DNA of 64,000 bases from contig JAUYSH010000121.1 of NCBI GenBank assembly GCA_030696455.1, positions 10,078 through 74,077 on the forward strand, read 5' to 3'. The first letter of the stretch is position 1, and each line of letters opens with the position of its first letter. Source of the stretch: Elusimicrobiota bacterium. Its GTDB lineage: Bacteria; Elusimicrobiota; Elusimicrobia; UBA1565; UBA9628. A program made the translations under genes and the position numbers. Shown here in pieces: positions 1 through 7,918 of this stretch. The notes below the pieces were generated by a model that had not been told where the DNA came from, searched no databases, and saw only the letters and a list, made by a program, of their open reading frames with translations.

Positions 1-716
1 ACGCCAAGGCCTCCGGGGCCTACGCCGACAACGGCATCGTGCAGAACGCGGTGAAGGCGATCAAGGACAAGCACCCGAACCTGCTGATGATCGCCGACCT
101 GTGCTTCTGCGAGTACATGGACCACGGCCACTGCGGCATCGTCAGGGGCGGCAAGGTCCTCAACGACCCGACCTTGGCGCTCGCGGCCAAGACCGCCGCC
201 TCGCAGGCGAAGGCCGGCTTCGACGTGATAGCACCCTCGGGCATGATGGACGGCCAGGTCGCCGCCATCCGCAAATCGCTCGATGCTCACGGCTTCGGCG
301 ACACGCCCATACTCGCCTACGCCGCCAAGTACGCGAGCGCCTATTACGGCCCCTTCCGCGAGGCCGCGGAGTCCCCGCCCAGCTTCGGCGACCGCTCCGG
401 CTATCAGATGGACCCGGCCAACTTCGACGAGGCGATGCGCGAGGTGGCGCTCGACGTGGAGGAGGGGGCCGACATGCTGATGGTCAAGCCCGCCTTGCCC
501 TACCTCGACGTGCTCAAGGCGGTCAAGACCCGCTTCGGCCTGCCCACCTCGGCGTATCAGGTATCGGGCGAGTTCGCGATGATCAAGGCCGCGGCCGCCA
601 ACGGCTGGATCGACGAGCGCAAGATGGCGCTCGAGTCCCTGACGTGCATCAAGCGCGCCGGCGCCGACTTCATTTTGACCTACTACGCCCTGGAGGCCGC
701 ACGATGGCTCGCCTGA
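1..716 (+). CDS. hemB: Porphobilinogen synthase (delta-aminolevulinate dehydratase), C-terminal part; 5' end lies outside the window
   Basis: The frame is open from the window edge to TGA at 714-716. The translation (..[25 protein letters not shown].., ..[13 protein letters not shown].., ..[11 protein letters not shown].., ..ADFILTYYA..) is typical ALAD/HemB. Confidence 0.9.
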   Translation, partial: AKASGAYADNGIVQNAVKAIKDKHPNLLMIADLCFCEYMDHGHCGIVRGGKVLNDPTLALAAKTAASQAKAGFDVIAPSGMMDGQVAAIRKSLDAHGFGDTPILAYAAKYASAYYGPFREAAESPPSFGDRSGYQMDPANFDEAMREVALDVEEGADMLMVKPALPYLDVLKAVKTRFGLPTSAYQVSGEFAMIKAAAANGWIDERKMALESLTCIKRAGADFILTYYALEAARWLA

Positions 717-2008
717 AGAAGAATCCCCAGCAGACCGACATGAAGAAGATCTTCGCCCGCGCGCGCCGGTCGCTCGTCGGCGGCGTCAACTCGCCGGTGC
801 GCGCCTTCAAATCGGTCGGCGGCACGCCCCTGTTCGTGCACGGCGGCTCCGGCGCGTACCTTCACGCCGACGACGGACGCTCCTACGTGGACTTCTGCCT
901 GTCCTGGGGGCCGCTGATGTTCGGCCATGCCCGGCGCGAGCTCGTCCGCGCGGCGCAGGACGCGATCTCGCACGGCTCCACGTTCGGCGCGGCGACGCAG
1001 GCCGAGGTGAACCTGGCCGAGCGCATTAAAAAGGCCCTGCCGTCGATCGAGCTGCTGCGCATGACCAGCTCGGGGACCGAGGCGGGCATGAGTGCCGCGC
1101 GCGCGGCGCGCGCGTTCACCGGGCGCGATCTGATCATCAAGTTCGCGGGATGTTATCACGGTCACTTCGACAGCCTTCTGGTCGCCGCCGGCTCGGGCGC
1201 CACGACCTTGGGCGTCCCCGACTCGGCGGGCGTGCCGAAGAGCTTCGCGGCAACCACCATCGTTTTGCCGTTTAATGATTTAACGGCGGTCGAGAACGCG
1301 TTTAAGAAAAACAAAGGCAAAATCGCGGCGATCTTCGTCGAGCCCATTCCGGCGAACATGGGAGTCGTTTTCCCGGCCAAAGGCTTTCTGGAAGGACTGC
1401 GAAGGATTACGAAGAGAGAAAAGGCATTACTTATTTTCGACGAAGTCATCACGGGATTTCGTGTCTGCTACGGCGGCGCGCAGACCCTCTACAAGATCAA
1501 GCCCGACCTCACCATCCTCGGCAAGATCATCGGCGGCGGCATGCCGATGGGCGCCTACGGCGGGCGGCGCGACGTCATGTCGGTGATCTCCCCCGAGGGC
1601 CCGGCCTATCAGGCGGGCACGCTCTCGGGCAACCCGGTCGCGGTCGCGGCCGGCAGGGCGATGCTCGACCTGCTGGCGTCCGAGGCGCCGTACAAGCGCA
1701 TGGCCCAGCTCGCCGACTACATGTGCGAGGGCCTGCGGCGCGTGTCCCTGCGCGCGGGGGTGCCCCTGCGCATACAGTCGGTCGGCTCGATGTTCACGCC
1801 CTTCTTCCTCGAGGGCGAGGTCACCGATTACGACTCGGCGATGAAGGCCGACAAGGCCGCCTACGGCCGCTACTTCCACGGCATGCTCAAGCGCGGCGTC
1901 TACCTGCCGCCGGCGCAGTGGGAGGCGGCTTTCGTCTCCTACGCGCACACGGATAAAGAGCTCAACATCGCCATCGGCGCCGCCTCCGAAGCGTTTAAGG
2001 AGATCTAG
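704..2008 (+). CDS. hemL: Glutamate-1-semialdehyde 2,1-aminomutase
   Basis: ATG at 704 lies inside the long ORF 101..2008; the upstream part of that ORF is an Arg-rich shadow of hem[25 protein letters not shown].., class-III aminotransferase motifs and ..[11 protein letters not shown].. (PLP Lys) are present. It overlaps the hemB stop by 13 nt. Confidence 0.92.
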   Translation: MARLKKNPQQTDMKKIFARARRSLVGGVNSPVRAFKSVGGTPLFVHGGSGAYLHADDGRSYVDFCLSWGPLMFGHARRELVRAAQDAISHGSTFGAATQAEVNLAERIKKALPSIELLRMTSSGTEAGMSAARAARAFTGRDLIIKFAGCYHGHFDSLLVAAGSGATTLGVPDSAGVPKSFAATTIVLPFNDLTAVENAFKKNKGKIAAIFVEPIPANMGVVFPAKGFLEGLRRITKREKALLIFDEVITGFRVCYGGAQTLYKIKPDLTILGKIIGGGMPMGAYGGRRDVMSVISPEGPAYQAGTLSGNPVAVAAGRAMLDLLASEAPYKRMAQLADYMCEGLRRVSLRAGVPLRIQSVGSMFTPFFLEGEVTDYDSAMKADKAAYGRYFHGMLKRGVYLPPAQWEAAFVSYAHTDKELNIAIGAASEAFKEI

Positions 2009-2018
2009 CGCCCAAACC

Positions 2019-2060
2019 GCGAAGGACTATCCTTAAGGATAGTCCTTCGCTATTTATATT
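2019..2060 (+). terminator. Intrinsic terminator after hemL
   Basis: Perfect 14-bp stem GCGAAGGACTATCC (2019-2032), TTAA loop, GGATAGTCCTTCGC (2037-2050), followed by the T-rich tract TATTTATATT. Confidence 0.75.
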
Positions 2061-2066
2061 CAGGCG

Positions 2067-2114
2067 TTGACAAGGTTGCGCCCTTCCTCAATACTATGGC
2101 GTCCCGGACGCCAT
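2067..2114 (+). promoter_or_regulatory. Sigma70-like promoter plus leader hairpin for the 2116-7884 cluster
   Basis: Perfect -35 TTGACA at 2067-2072. The -10 candidates are AATACT (2090-2095, 17-bp spacer) or TACTAT (2092-2097, 19-bp spacer). An 8-bp hairpin ATGGCGTC-CCG-GACGCCAT (2096-2114) ends 1 nt before the ATG at 2116. No Shine-Dalgarno sequence is visible. Confidence 0.5.
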
Positions 2115-2115
2115 T

Positions 2116-2982
2116 ATGAGCGAACAGCCCTCCCCAGAGCCGCAAAAGTCCAAAGCCGAAGCCGCGCCCAAGGCGGCGTCCTCGCCTCACGGGGCCGACC
2201 CCTCCCGCGCGCAGGCCTATGTCCCTCTTCCGGGCCAGCCCAAGCCGGGGGGGCGGGGGGTTTTGGTTCTCGCCGCTTTGATCGCGGCCGGAGCGCTGGC
2301 CGGCACGGCCCTGCATTTCCGGGAGCCCCCGCCGCCGCCCACGGTTGTCGTCGCCGCCGCCGAGGAGAAGGTCCTCACGGTCACCGACGCCGATCTCAGC
2401 CTCGCCGCCACGGAGCGCGTGCGAAATTCCGCCGCCCCCGCGCCGGGAGGCGCCCCGGCCACGATGGGCACCGGCGGCCCGGCCGGATCGATGGGCTCCG
2501 GCGACGCGTCGCCCGCGCCGCCGGCTCCCGCCGCGCAGGCCCCGGCCCCCGCCCCGGCCTCTCCCGCGGCGGCGCCTGCGGCGGAGAACCGGGCATCCTC
2601 GCCGCTTCCGGTCGCGCCGCCCGAGCTGATCTCGCCGGCGGCCACGGCGCCGCAGTCCGCGCTGACCGCCCGCGGGCAGGAGGCGGTGCGCTCCGATGGG
2701 TACTCGATCTTCTCCATGCGGCTCATCGACGACGTCGCCCAGGACGGCGACGTGGTGCAGATCTCCATCGACGGCGTGCCCATGTCGTTTCTGTCCTTGA
2801 CCCACGCCGGCGCCACGCTCGAGATACCGCTCAAGAAAGGCGAGTCCCACCGGATCACGGTCACGGCCGTGCGCGACGGCACCGGCGGCGTCACTTTGGG
2901 CCTGCAGACCTCGGCGGGGATGATCCTCTCGCGCAACATGGCCGTCGGCGAAAGCGACAGCTGGACCATCGACTACAAGTGA
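2116..2982 (+). CDS. Bitopic membrane protein of unknown function: N-terminal cytoplasmic tail, one TM helix, long Pro/Ala-rich linker, about 95-aa beta-rich C-terminal domain
   Basis: The 288-aa ORF has a TM segment VLVLAALIAAGALAGTAL and a low-complexity run PAPPAPAAQAPAPAPASPAAAPAA. The C-terminal part (YSIFSMRLIDDVAQDGDVVQISIDGVPMSF..ITVTAVRDGTGGVTLGLQT..) has ordinary composition. I recognise no family. Confidence 0.7.
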   Translation: MSEQPSPEPQKSKAEAAPKAASSPHGADPSRAQAYVPLPGQPKPGGRGVLVLAALIAAGALAGTALHFREPPPPPTVVVAAAEEKVLTVTDADLSLAATERVRNSAAPAPGGAPATMGTGGPAGSMGSGDASPAPPAPAAQAPAPAPASPAAAPAAENRASSPLPVAPPELISPAATAPQSALTARGQEAVRSDGYSIFSMRLIDDVAQDGDVVQISIDGVPMSFLSLTHAGATLEIPLKKGESHRITVTAVRDGTGGVTLGLQTSAGMILSRNMAVGESDSWTIDYK

Positions 2983-4091
2983 AATCAAGCCAGCCGCACC
3001 CGTTGTTCATCCTGATGGCGGTGGTGGCCGTCGGAGGCGCGCTGATCGCGGTCAAGCAGCGCGCGCCCGAGGTCCTGCCCTGGATCTTCGCGCTGGCCGG
3101 GGTCGGGATGCTCTACCGCTTCTGGGCGATCCAGAAGGAGGACGCGGCCGCGCGCGGCGAGGGGCTCGTCGACCACGAGGTCCTGCGCAAGATGCGCCTG
3201 CGCGACTACGGCTCGTGGATCAAGGAGAACGTGCGCGGCCAGGATCCCGCGGTGGACCTGATCGTGCACAGCGTGCAGCGCGGCCTCGAGCTCGCGCGTC
3301 CCGGGCGCAGCCTCGGCTCGTTTTTGCTCGTCGGCCCGACCGGCACGGGCAAGACCTTCCTGGCACAGATGACCGCGATGGCGCTGTGGCCCGAGAAGGA
3401 GCCGGTCGTCCTGCGCATGAACCAGTTCAAGGACCCCCACGATCTCCAGGGTCTGCTCGGGGCGGCCGGCGGCGCTGAAACGGGCTCGCTGACGGGGGCG
3501 CTGCTCGAGGACCCTTACCGCGTCGTGCTTCTCGATGAGATCGACAAGTGCCACCCCGACGTGCTCCACGGCCTCTTCGAGGCGCTCGACGGCGGGCGCG
3601 TGCGCGACCGCTCCAGCTCGAAGATGGTGGACTTCAGCGGCTGCGTGTTCTTCGCGACCTGCAACGCGGGTGCGGAGCGCCTGCGCGCGCTCAAGGCCGA
3701 CGACGCCGCCGCCTTCGCGGCGCGCGCGCGCGACGCCCTGATGAAGGAGGCCGCCTTCGAGAAGGCCTTCCTCGCCCGCTTCAGCGAGATCATCCTGATG
3801 GACGCGCTGGCGCCCCTGCACATCGCCGAGATCGCCTGCCTGCAGATCGCCAAGCAGTGGCGCGAGCAGGGCATCGTGGTGAGCTACCTCTCGCCGGAGC
3901 TGCTCGCGCGCGCGGTCGCGCTCAACGCCGAGTTCGGGGAGTACGGCGTGCGCCAGCTCACCCGCTGCCTGCGCCGCCTCATGGACCCGCTGCTCGAGGA
4001 GGCCCGCAGGGGCGGTCGCAGCGCCGTGTCGCTGGGCCTCGACCCGGCCACCGGCGGCGCGGTCCTGGGGCTCGCCAAGGAGCGGCCGTGA
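2979..4091 (+). CDS. Membrane-anchored single-domain AAA+ ATPase, ClpA/ClpB D2-like (AAA_2 plus D2-small-like)
   Basis: The GTG at 2979 overlaps the upstream TGA (GTGA); an alternative ATG lies at 3015. Two N-terminal hydrophobic helices are present (LFILMAVVAVGGALIAV, VLPWIFALAGVGMLYRFWAI). Walker A is GPTGTGKT (3333-3356), Walker B VVLLDEIDK, sensor FFATCN, and the C-terminal region has EYGVRQLTRCL. Confidence 0.85.
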   Translation: MKSSQPHPLFILMAVVAVGGALIAVKQRAPEVLPWIFALAGVGMLYRFWAIQKEDAAARGEGLVDHEVLRKMRLRDYGSWIKENVRGQDPAVDLIVHSVQRGLELARPGRSLGSFLLVGPTGTGKTFLAQMTAMALWPEKEPVVLRMNQFKDPHDLQGLLGAAGGAETGSLTGALLEDPYRVVLLDEIDKCHPDVLHGLFEALDGGRVRDRSSSKMVDFSGCVFFATCNAGAERLRALKADDAAAFAARARDALMKEAAFEKAFLARFSEIILMDALAPLHIAEIACLQIAKQWREQGIVVSYLSPELLARAVALNAEFGEYGVRQLTRCLRRLMDPLLEEARRGGRSAVSLGLDPATGGAVLGLAKERP

Positions 4092-5383
4092 AGAAAAGGC
4101 TCCTCAAGGACGGCTGGTTTCAAATGTTCGCCGCCGTCGGGGGCGTCGCCTGCGTCGTTTCGATTCTGGGCGGAGTTTCGACGCGCCACGCCCCGCCGAG
4201 CCCGGCCCCCGCCGTCGCCGCGCCGAGCGCGCCCTCGATGGGGGCCAAGGCCACCGCCCTTCCCGAGCCGGCCGCGGCGGTCGCCGCCGCGGAAGGGGAG
4301 ATCACCCCGCCGGCGCCGTCTTCTTCGGATCTGGCCACTTACAGCGGCGTGAACGCCGCCTCCCGCTCCCCCGGGGCGCTGATCGCGCCTCCGGCCGCGT
4401 CTCCTCCTCCTCCTCCGCAACCCGCTCCGCAGATCACCTTGACGGGCACGGGCGTGGGCAACACCGCGGGCATCGTCGGCGCTCCTCCAGGCGGCGGAAC
4501 GTTGAGCGGGCTGCTCAGCGGCCTGATGGGGTCGTCGGCGCGGGCGCCGCTCGCGGCGGCGCTGCCGGCCCTCCCGCCGCTCTTTCGCGTCGCCCCGTCG
4601 CGCCCCGGAATCTTCACGGTCGGCCCGGCCGGGACGCCGGGAGCGGACACCTCGAGCCTGCGCGACGCGGTGTACAGCGCGTCGAACGGCGACCTCATTC
4701 TCATCAAGCCGGGAACCTACGAGGGGCCGGTCGAGGTCCTGAACAAATCGGTGCGCATCCGCGGCACGGGGGGCTATTCCGCCGCCGTCGTCGTCCGGTG
4801 GACCGGCCCCGGCGCCACGATCAGCGTGCGCAACGGGACGCTCGATCTGGAGAAGATCCGCCTCGAGCGGGGCGCCTACCAGGAATATCAGAAAGCCGAG
4901 CCGGGCGGGGCCCTCTACGCCGTCGCCTCGACCTTGTCTTTTCGCGGGGTGGAGCTCGACAGCGGCGATATCGCGGCGCCGCCGCTGATCGTCGAGCAGG
5001 GCGACAATCCCGCGCGCGTCGAGGCGGAGGACTCCCGGATCAGCACCATCGGGGCCGGCGTGCTCATCCGCGGGCCGGTGAAGGCGAGCTTCACGCGCAT
5101 GACCTTTCACGCCACCAGCCGGCCGCTCGCGGCCTGGATCGACGCGGCCGTTTCCCTGCGGGACTGCGTCTTCCTCGATACCGGTTCCCCGTCGGTGATC
5201 CACGCCTACGAGGGAGCGCGCGTGGCCGTGACCGGCAAGCAGAAGCCCTATGTCAGCGGGGTCCGCGGCGCCGAGGCGACCGGGTTCGAGGACAGCTTCG
5301 GGGGAGCGCGGACCGCGGCCGCGGGCGGCGGCTTCGCGCGCGATATTTTTAGACGCGGGCGCAAGCCGGGAAGCTTTCCATGA
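4088..5383 (+). CDS. Bitopic membrane protein with Pro/Ala-rich linker and a putative right-handed beta-helix ectodomain
   Basis: The GTG at 4088 overlaps the upstream TGA (GTGA). The TM segment is WFQMFAAVGGVACVVSILGGV, followed by a P/A/S-rich linker. The segment ..SLRDAVYSASNGDLILIKPGTYEGPVEVLNKSVRIRGTGG.. resembles the start of NosD/pectin-lyase-type beta-helix proteins. Confidence 0.75.
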   Translation: MKKRLLKDGWFQMFAAVGGVACVVSILGGVSTRHAPPSPAPAVAAPSAPSMGAKATALPEPAAAVAAAEGEITPPAPSSSDLATYSGVNAASRSPGALIAPPAASPPPPPQPAPQITLTGTGVGNTAGIVGAPPGGGTLSGLLSGLMGSSARAPLAAALPALPPLFRVAPSRPGIFTVGPAGTPGADTSSLRDAVYSASNGDLILIKPGTYEGPVEVLNKSVRIRGTGGYSAAVVVRWTGPGATISVRNGTLDLEKIRLERGAYQEYQKAEPGGALYAVASTLSFRGVELDSGDIAAPPLIVEQGDNPARVEAEDSRISTIGAGVLIRGPVKASFTRMTFHATSRPLAAWIDAAVSLRDCVFLDTGSPSVIHAYEGARVAVTGKQKPYVSGVRGAEATGFEDSFGGARTAAAGGGFARDIFRRGRKPGSFP

Positions 5384-5393
5384 GGAGAAAACG

Positions 5394-6395
5394 GTGAGCG
5401 ATCTTTCCAAGATGACGGACTGGGACAAGCTTCAGGGCATGCTCAAGGCCTCGGCCTCGGAGAGCCAGCGCTTCACGATCGACGAGGCCAAGCTCGTCGC
5501 GCACCTGCGCTCGCGCGTGAAAGGGCAGGACGAGATCATCGACGACGTCGCCCGCCTCATCCGTCTGAGCTGGATGAAGGACAAGCGCACCCGGCCGGTG
5601 TGCAACCTGCTCTTTCTCGGTCCCACGGGCACGGGCAAGACCGAGCTCGCCAAGGCGATCTGCGAGCACCTCTTCGGCGACGAGCAGGCCCTCCTGCGCT
5701 TCGACTGCTCCGAGCTCGCCAGCCCCGAGATGGGCAAGACCCGCCTGACCGGCTCCTCCTCGGGCTACGTCGGCTCCGAGCAGGGCGGCCAGCTCACGCG
5801 ACCGATGTTCGCCAACCCCAAGCGCGTCGTGCTCTTCGACGAGATCGAGAAGGCCCATCCGGTCATCTTCGACCTTCTCCTGCAGGTCATGGGGGAAGGG
5901 CGCCTGACCGAGCAGGGCAGCGGCAAGACCGCGGACTTCACGCAGGCGGTCATCATCATGACGAGCAACTCGCTCGCCGACTCGATGGGCAAGGCCGTGC
6001 AGGGCCTCACCGACTATCCCCGCATCATGAACGCGATCAAGACCTTGCTGGCCGAGAGCGGGACCTTCCGTCCCGAGATTTTGGGCCGCGTGGACAAGGT
6101 CTATCTCTTCAAGCCCCTGTCGGGCATGCAGGTCGCGGAGATCTCCCTGCTCAAGATCTCCAAGCTCGGCCAGGAGTACGGCGTCGAGACGCATTTCGTC
6201 GCGCCCGAGCTTATCATTCAAGCCCTCGAGGCGAACATCCGCGTCAGCAAGTTCGGCATCCGCGAGCTCGAGCGGATCCTGTTCGACCGCTACGCGTCCT
6301 ACTTCGTCGAGGCCCGCGCCGCCAACGCCAAGTCCGTCTCCTTCGAGGTCGCCGACGACGGAACCATCGTCTGCAAGCGCGACCCGGCCCCTTAG
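5394..6395 (+). CDS. Soluble single-domain AAA+ ATPase, ClpA/ClpB D2-type
   Basis: GTG at 5394 lies 5 nt after GAGGAG (5383-5388). Walker A is GPTGTGKT (5619-5642), the pore-loop motif is SGYVGSEQGG, Walker B VVLFDEIEKAH, with LLQVMGEGRLT, sensor IIMTSN and the D2-small-like FGIRELERIL. Confidence 0.88.
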   Translation: MSDLSKMTDWDKLQGMLKASASESQRFTIDEAKLVAHLRSRVKGQDEIIDDVARLIRLSWMKDKRTRPVCNLLFLGPTGTGKTELAKAICEHLFGDEQALLRFDCSELASPEMGKTRLTGSSSGYVGSEQGGQLTRPMFANPKRVVLFDEIEKAHPVIFDLLLQVMGEGRLTEQGSGKTADFTQAVIIMTSNSLADSMGKAVQGLTDYPRIMNAIKTLLAESGTFRPEILGRVDKVYLFKPLSGMQVAEISLLKISKLGQEYGVETHFVAPELIIQALEANIRVSKFGIRELERILFDRYASYFVEARAANAKSVSFEVADDGTIVCKRDPAP

Positions 6396-6447
6396 GCCGT
6401 GTTCGGATGCGTATGGACGATGGCGGCCGTCTTCGGCGGGTCTGTCC

Positions 6448-6477
6448 TTGGCGGGACGGCTCGTGGAGTCGTATAAT
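6448..6477 (+). promoter_or_regulatory. Candidate promoter with leaderless geometry for the C14 lipoprotein gene
   Basis: -35 TTGGCG (6448-6453), 18-bp spacer, perfect -10 TATAAT (6472-6477), then 6 nt to the ATG at 6484. No SD is present. Confidence 0.45.
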
Positions 6478-6483
6478 CATCGC

Positions 6484-7884
6484 ATGAAGATATTTTCGGC
6501 GCTCGGACTTGTTTCGCTCGTCCTGCTTGCCGCCGGATGCATGCCCTCTGTTCCCAAACGCACCGACGCCCTGAGCATGCTGACCGGCCCGGGCATGAGC
6601 AAGAACCGCGAGGTTAAAAGGCTGAGGCTGGCGATGATGTTTTCAGAGAATTCGCGGAACGCCGCCGCCTATCTCCAAAAGGCGACCGGTTCGGTGACCG
6701 GGCAATACGGAGGCGTCAACGACGTCTCTTTTTTCAAGTCCATCATCGACTCGCTTGAGAAGGTTTTCGCGTCCGTGGTCACGGTCGAAAGTCTTGAGCA
6801 GGCGAAGTCCGAAGGCGCTCATTTGGCCGCGGTCGTGGATATCTACGCGAAAGTCGGAACGACTTCTTTTGTGATGACGACGGCGGATATCGCCGCCGCC
6901 TTCCAGTCTCTGGATGGGGCGCCGATCTCCGTGGTGCGCGGGAGGGGGGCTTTCCGCGTTCCTTACCCTAATTTCACTTTGCGGTGGACCGAGGCGAGCG
7001 CGGCGGCGGTGGACAGCTTCACGCTCGCGCTCTCGACCAACGCCGAACTGGCCTCTTTTGCGGCTGCGGCGGCGCCCGTCGCGGCCGGCCCCGCTCCGGC
7101 AGCGCCTATTGCTCCGGTTAAAACCTATCAGTCTGACGTGGAGGTTCCCGCCTTCCGCCTGCCCGAGGATACGTCCAAGTTCGCCCTTGTCGTCGGCATA
7201 GAGAGGTACGCCTCCCTGCCTTCCGCCGAGCACGCGGTTCGGGACGCCAGGGCGATGAAGACCCACCTGCTCGCGGCGGGATATCCTGAGCGCAATATCG
7301 TGTTGTTGACGGATCAACAGGCGGGCAAGTCGGGGCTCGAGAAGTATCTCGACGCCTGGCTTCCCAAGAACACCGATGAAAAGTCCTCGGTGCTTGTCTA
7401 CTTCTCCGGGCATGGCGCCCCGAACCCCGATGACGATCAGGCCTATCTCGTTCCTTGGGACGGAGACCCGAAGTTCTTGGCGAACACGGGTTATCCCGTC
7501 AAGCGCCTATATGAGCGCCTCAACGCTCTCAAGGCCAAGCGCGTACTTGTCGCGATCGACGCCTGCTTCTCGGGTACGGGCGGACGCTCGGTCCTCGCCA
7601 AGGGCACGCGACCTTTGATCGCCAAAGTGGACGTAGGCGCGGGCGCCGTCGGCCGCGTGCAGGCCCTCACCGCTTCGGCCTCGGATGAGATTACCGGCAC
7701 CGATGAGGAGTCCGGTCACGGCCTCTTTACCTATCAGTTGCTGAAAGGCCTCTCCGTGAAAAAAGGGAAGGCGACGTTTAAGGAGCTCTACAACTACCTG
7801 ACGCCCAAGGTCCGTGACGCGGCCAGGCGCGACAACCGCGACCAGACGCCCCAGTTGATCGGGGATGGAGACGCTTCTCTGTAA
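6484..7884 (+). CDS. Exported lipoprotein with a C-terminal caspase-fold (peptidase C14, metacaspase/orthocaspase-like) domain
   Basis: Signal peptide plus lipobox MKIFSALGLVSLVLLAAGC. The C14 core has FALVVGIERY.., VLVYFSGHGA (His codon 7411-7413) and VLVAIDACFSG (Cys codon 7564-7566). An N-terminal region of about 200 aa is unassigned, and an Ala/Pro linker precedes the C14 domain. Confidence 0.88.
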   Translation: MKIFSALGLVSLVLLAAGCMPSVPKRTDALSMLTGPGMSKNREVKRLRLAMMFSENSRNAAAYLQKATGSVTGQYGGVNDVSFFKSIIDSLEKVFASVVTVESLEQAKSEGAHLAAVVDIYAKVGTTSFVMTTADIAAAFQSLDGAPISVVRGRGAFRVPYPNFTLRWTEASAAAVDSFTLALSTNAELASFAAAAAPVAAGPAPAAPIAPVKTYQSDVEVPAFRLPEDTSKFALVVGIERYASLPSAEHAVRDARAMKTHLLAAGYPERNIVLLTDQQAGKSGLEKYLDAWLPKNTDEKSSVLVYFSGHGAPNPDDDQAYLVPWDGDPKFLANTGYPVKRLYERLNALKAKRVLVAIDACFSGTGGRSVLAKGTRPLIAKVDVGAGAVGRVQALTASASDEITGTDEESGHGLFTYQLLKGLSVKKGKATFKELYNYLTPKVRDAARRDNRDQTPQLIGDGDASL

Positions 7885-7918
7885 TGCAATAACGTCGCTT
7901 CGCGGGAGTGGCGCCGGT

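Noticed and set aside
101-703. N-terminal 200-codon extension of the hemL ORF, which would make a 635-aa protein.
   Set aside because: The extension overlaps hemB out of frame and is Arg/Gly-rich. The HemL homology begins at MARLKK (704). The same logic was used to trim ORFs 2067..4091, 3548..5383, 5250..6395, 9983..11290, 14796..16115, 26030..28597, 42026..43153, 56546..59062, 59464..60228 and 61429..63873.
2096-2119. Upstream mini-ORF ATG GCG TCC CGG ACG CCA TTA TGA whose stop overlaps the ATG at 2116 (ATGA).
   Set aside because: Its ATG overlaps the candidate -10 (TACTAT 2092-2097) or directly abuts the alternative AATACT (2090-2095), so it would probably not be on the transcript. The same bases form the 8-bp leader hairpin, which is the simpler description.
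7885-7918. Terminator hairpin between the convergent C14 lipoprotein and BI-1 genes (GGCGCCGG..GCGCCGGCGG).
   Set aside because: The G+C-rich segments are direct-repeat-like rather than complementary. I could not draw a stem longer than about 5 bp, and there is no T-tract on either strand.
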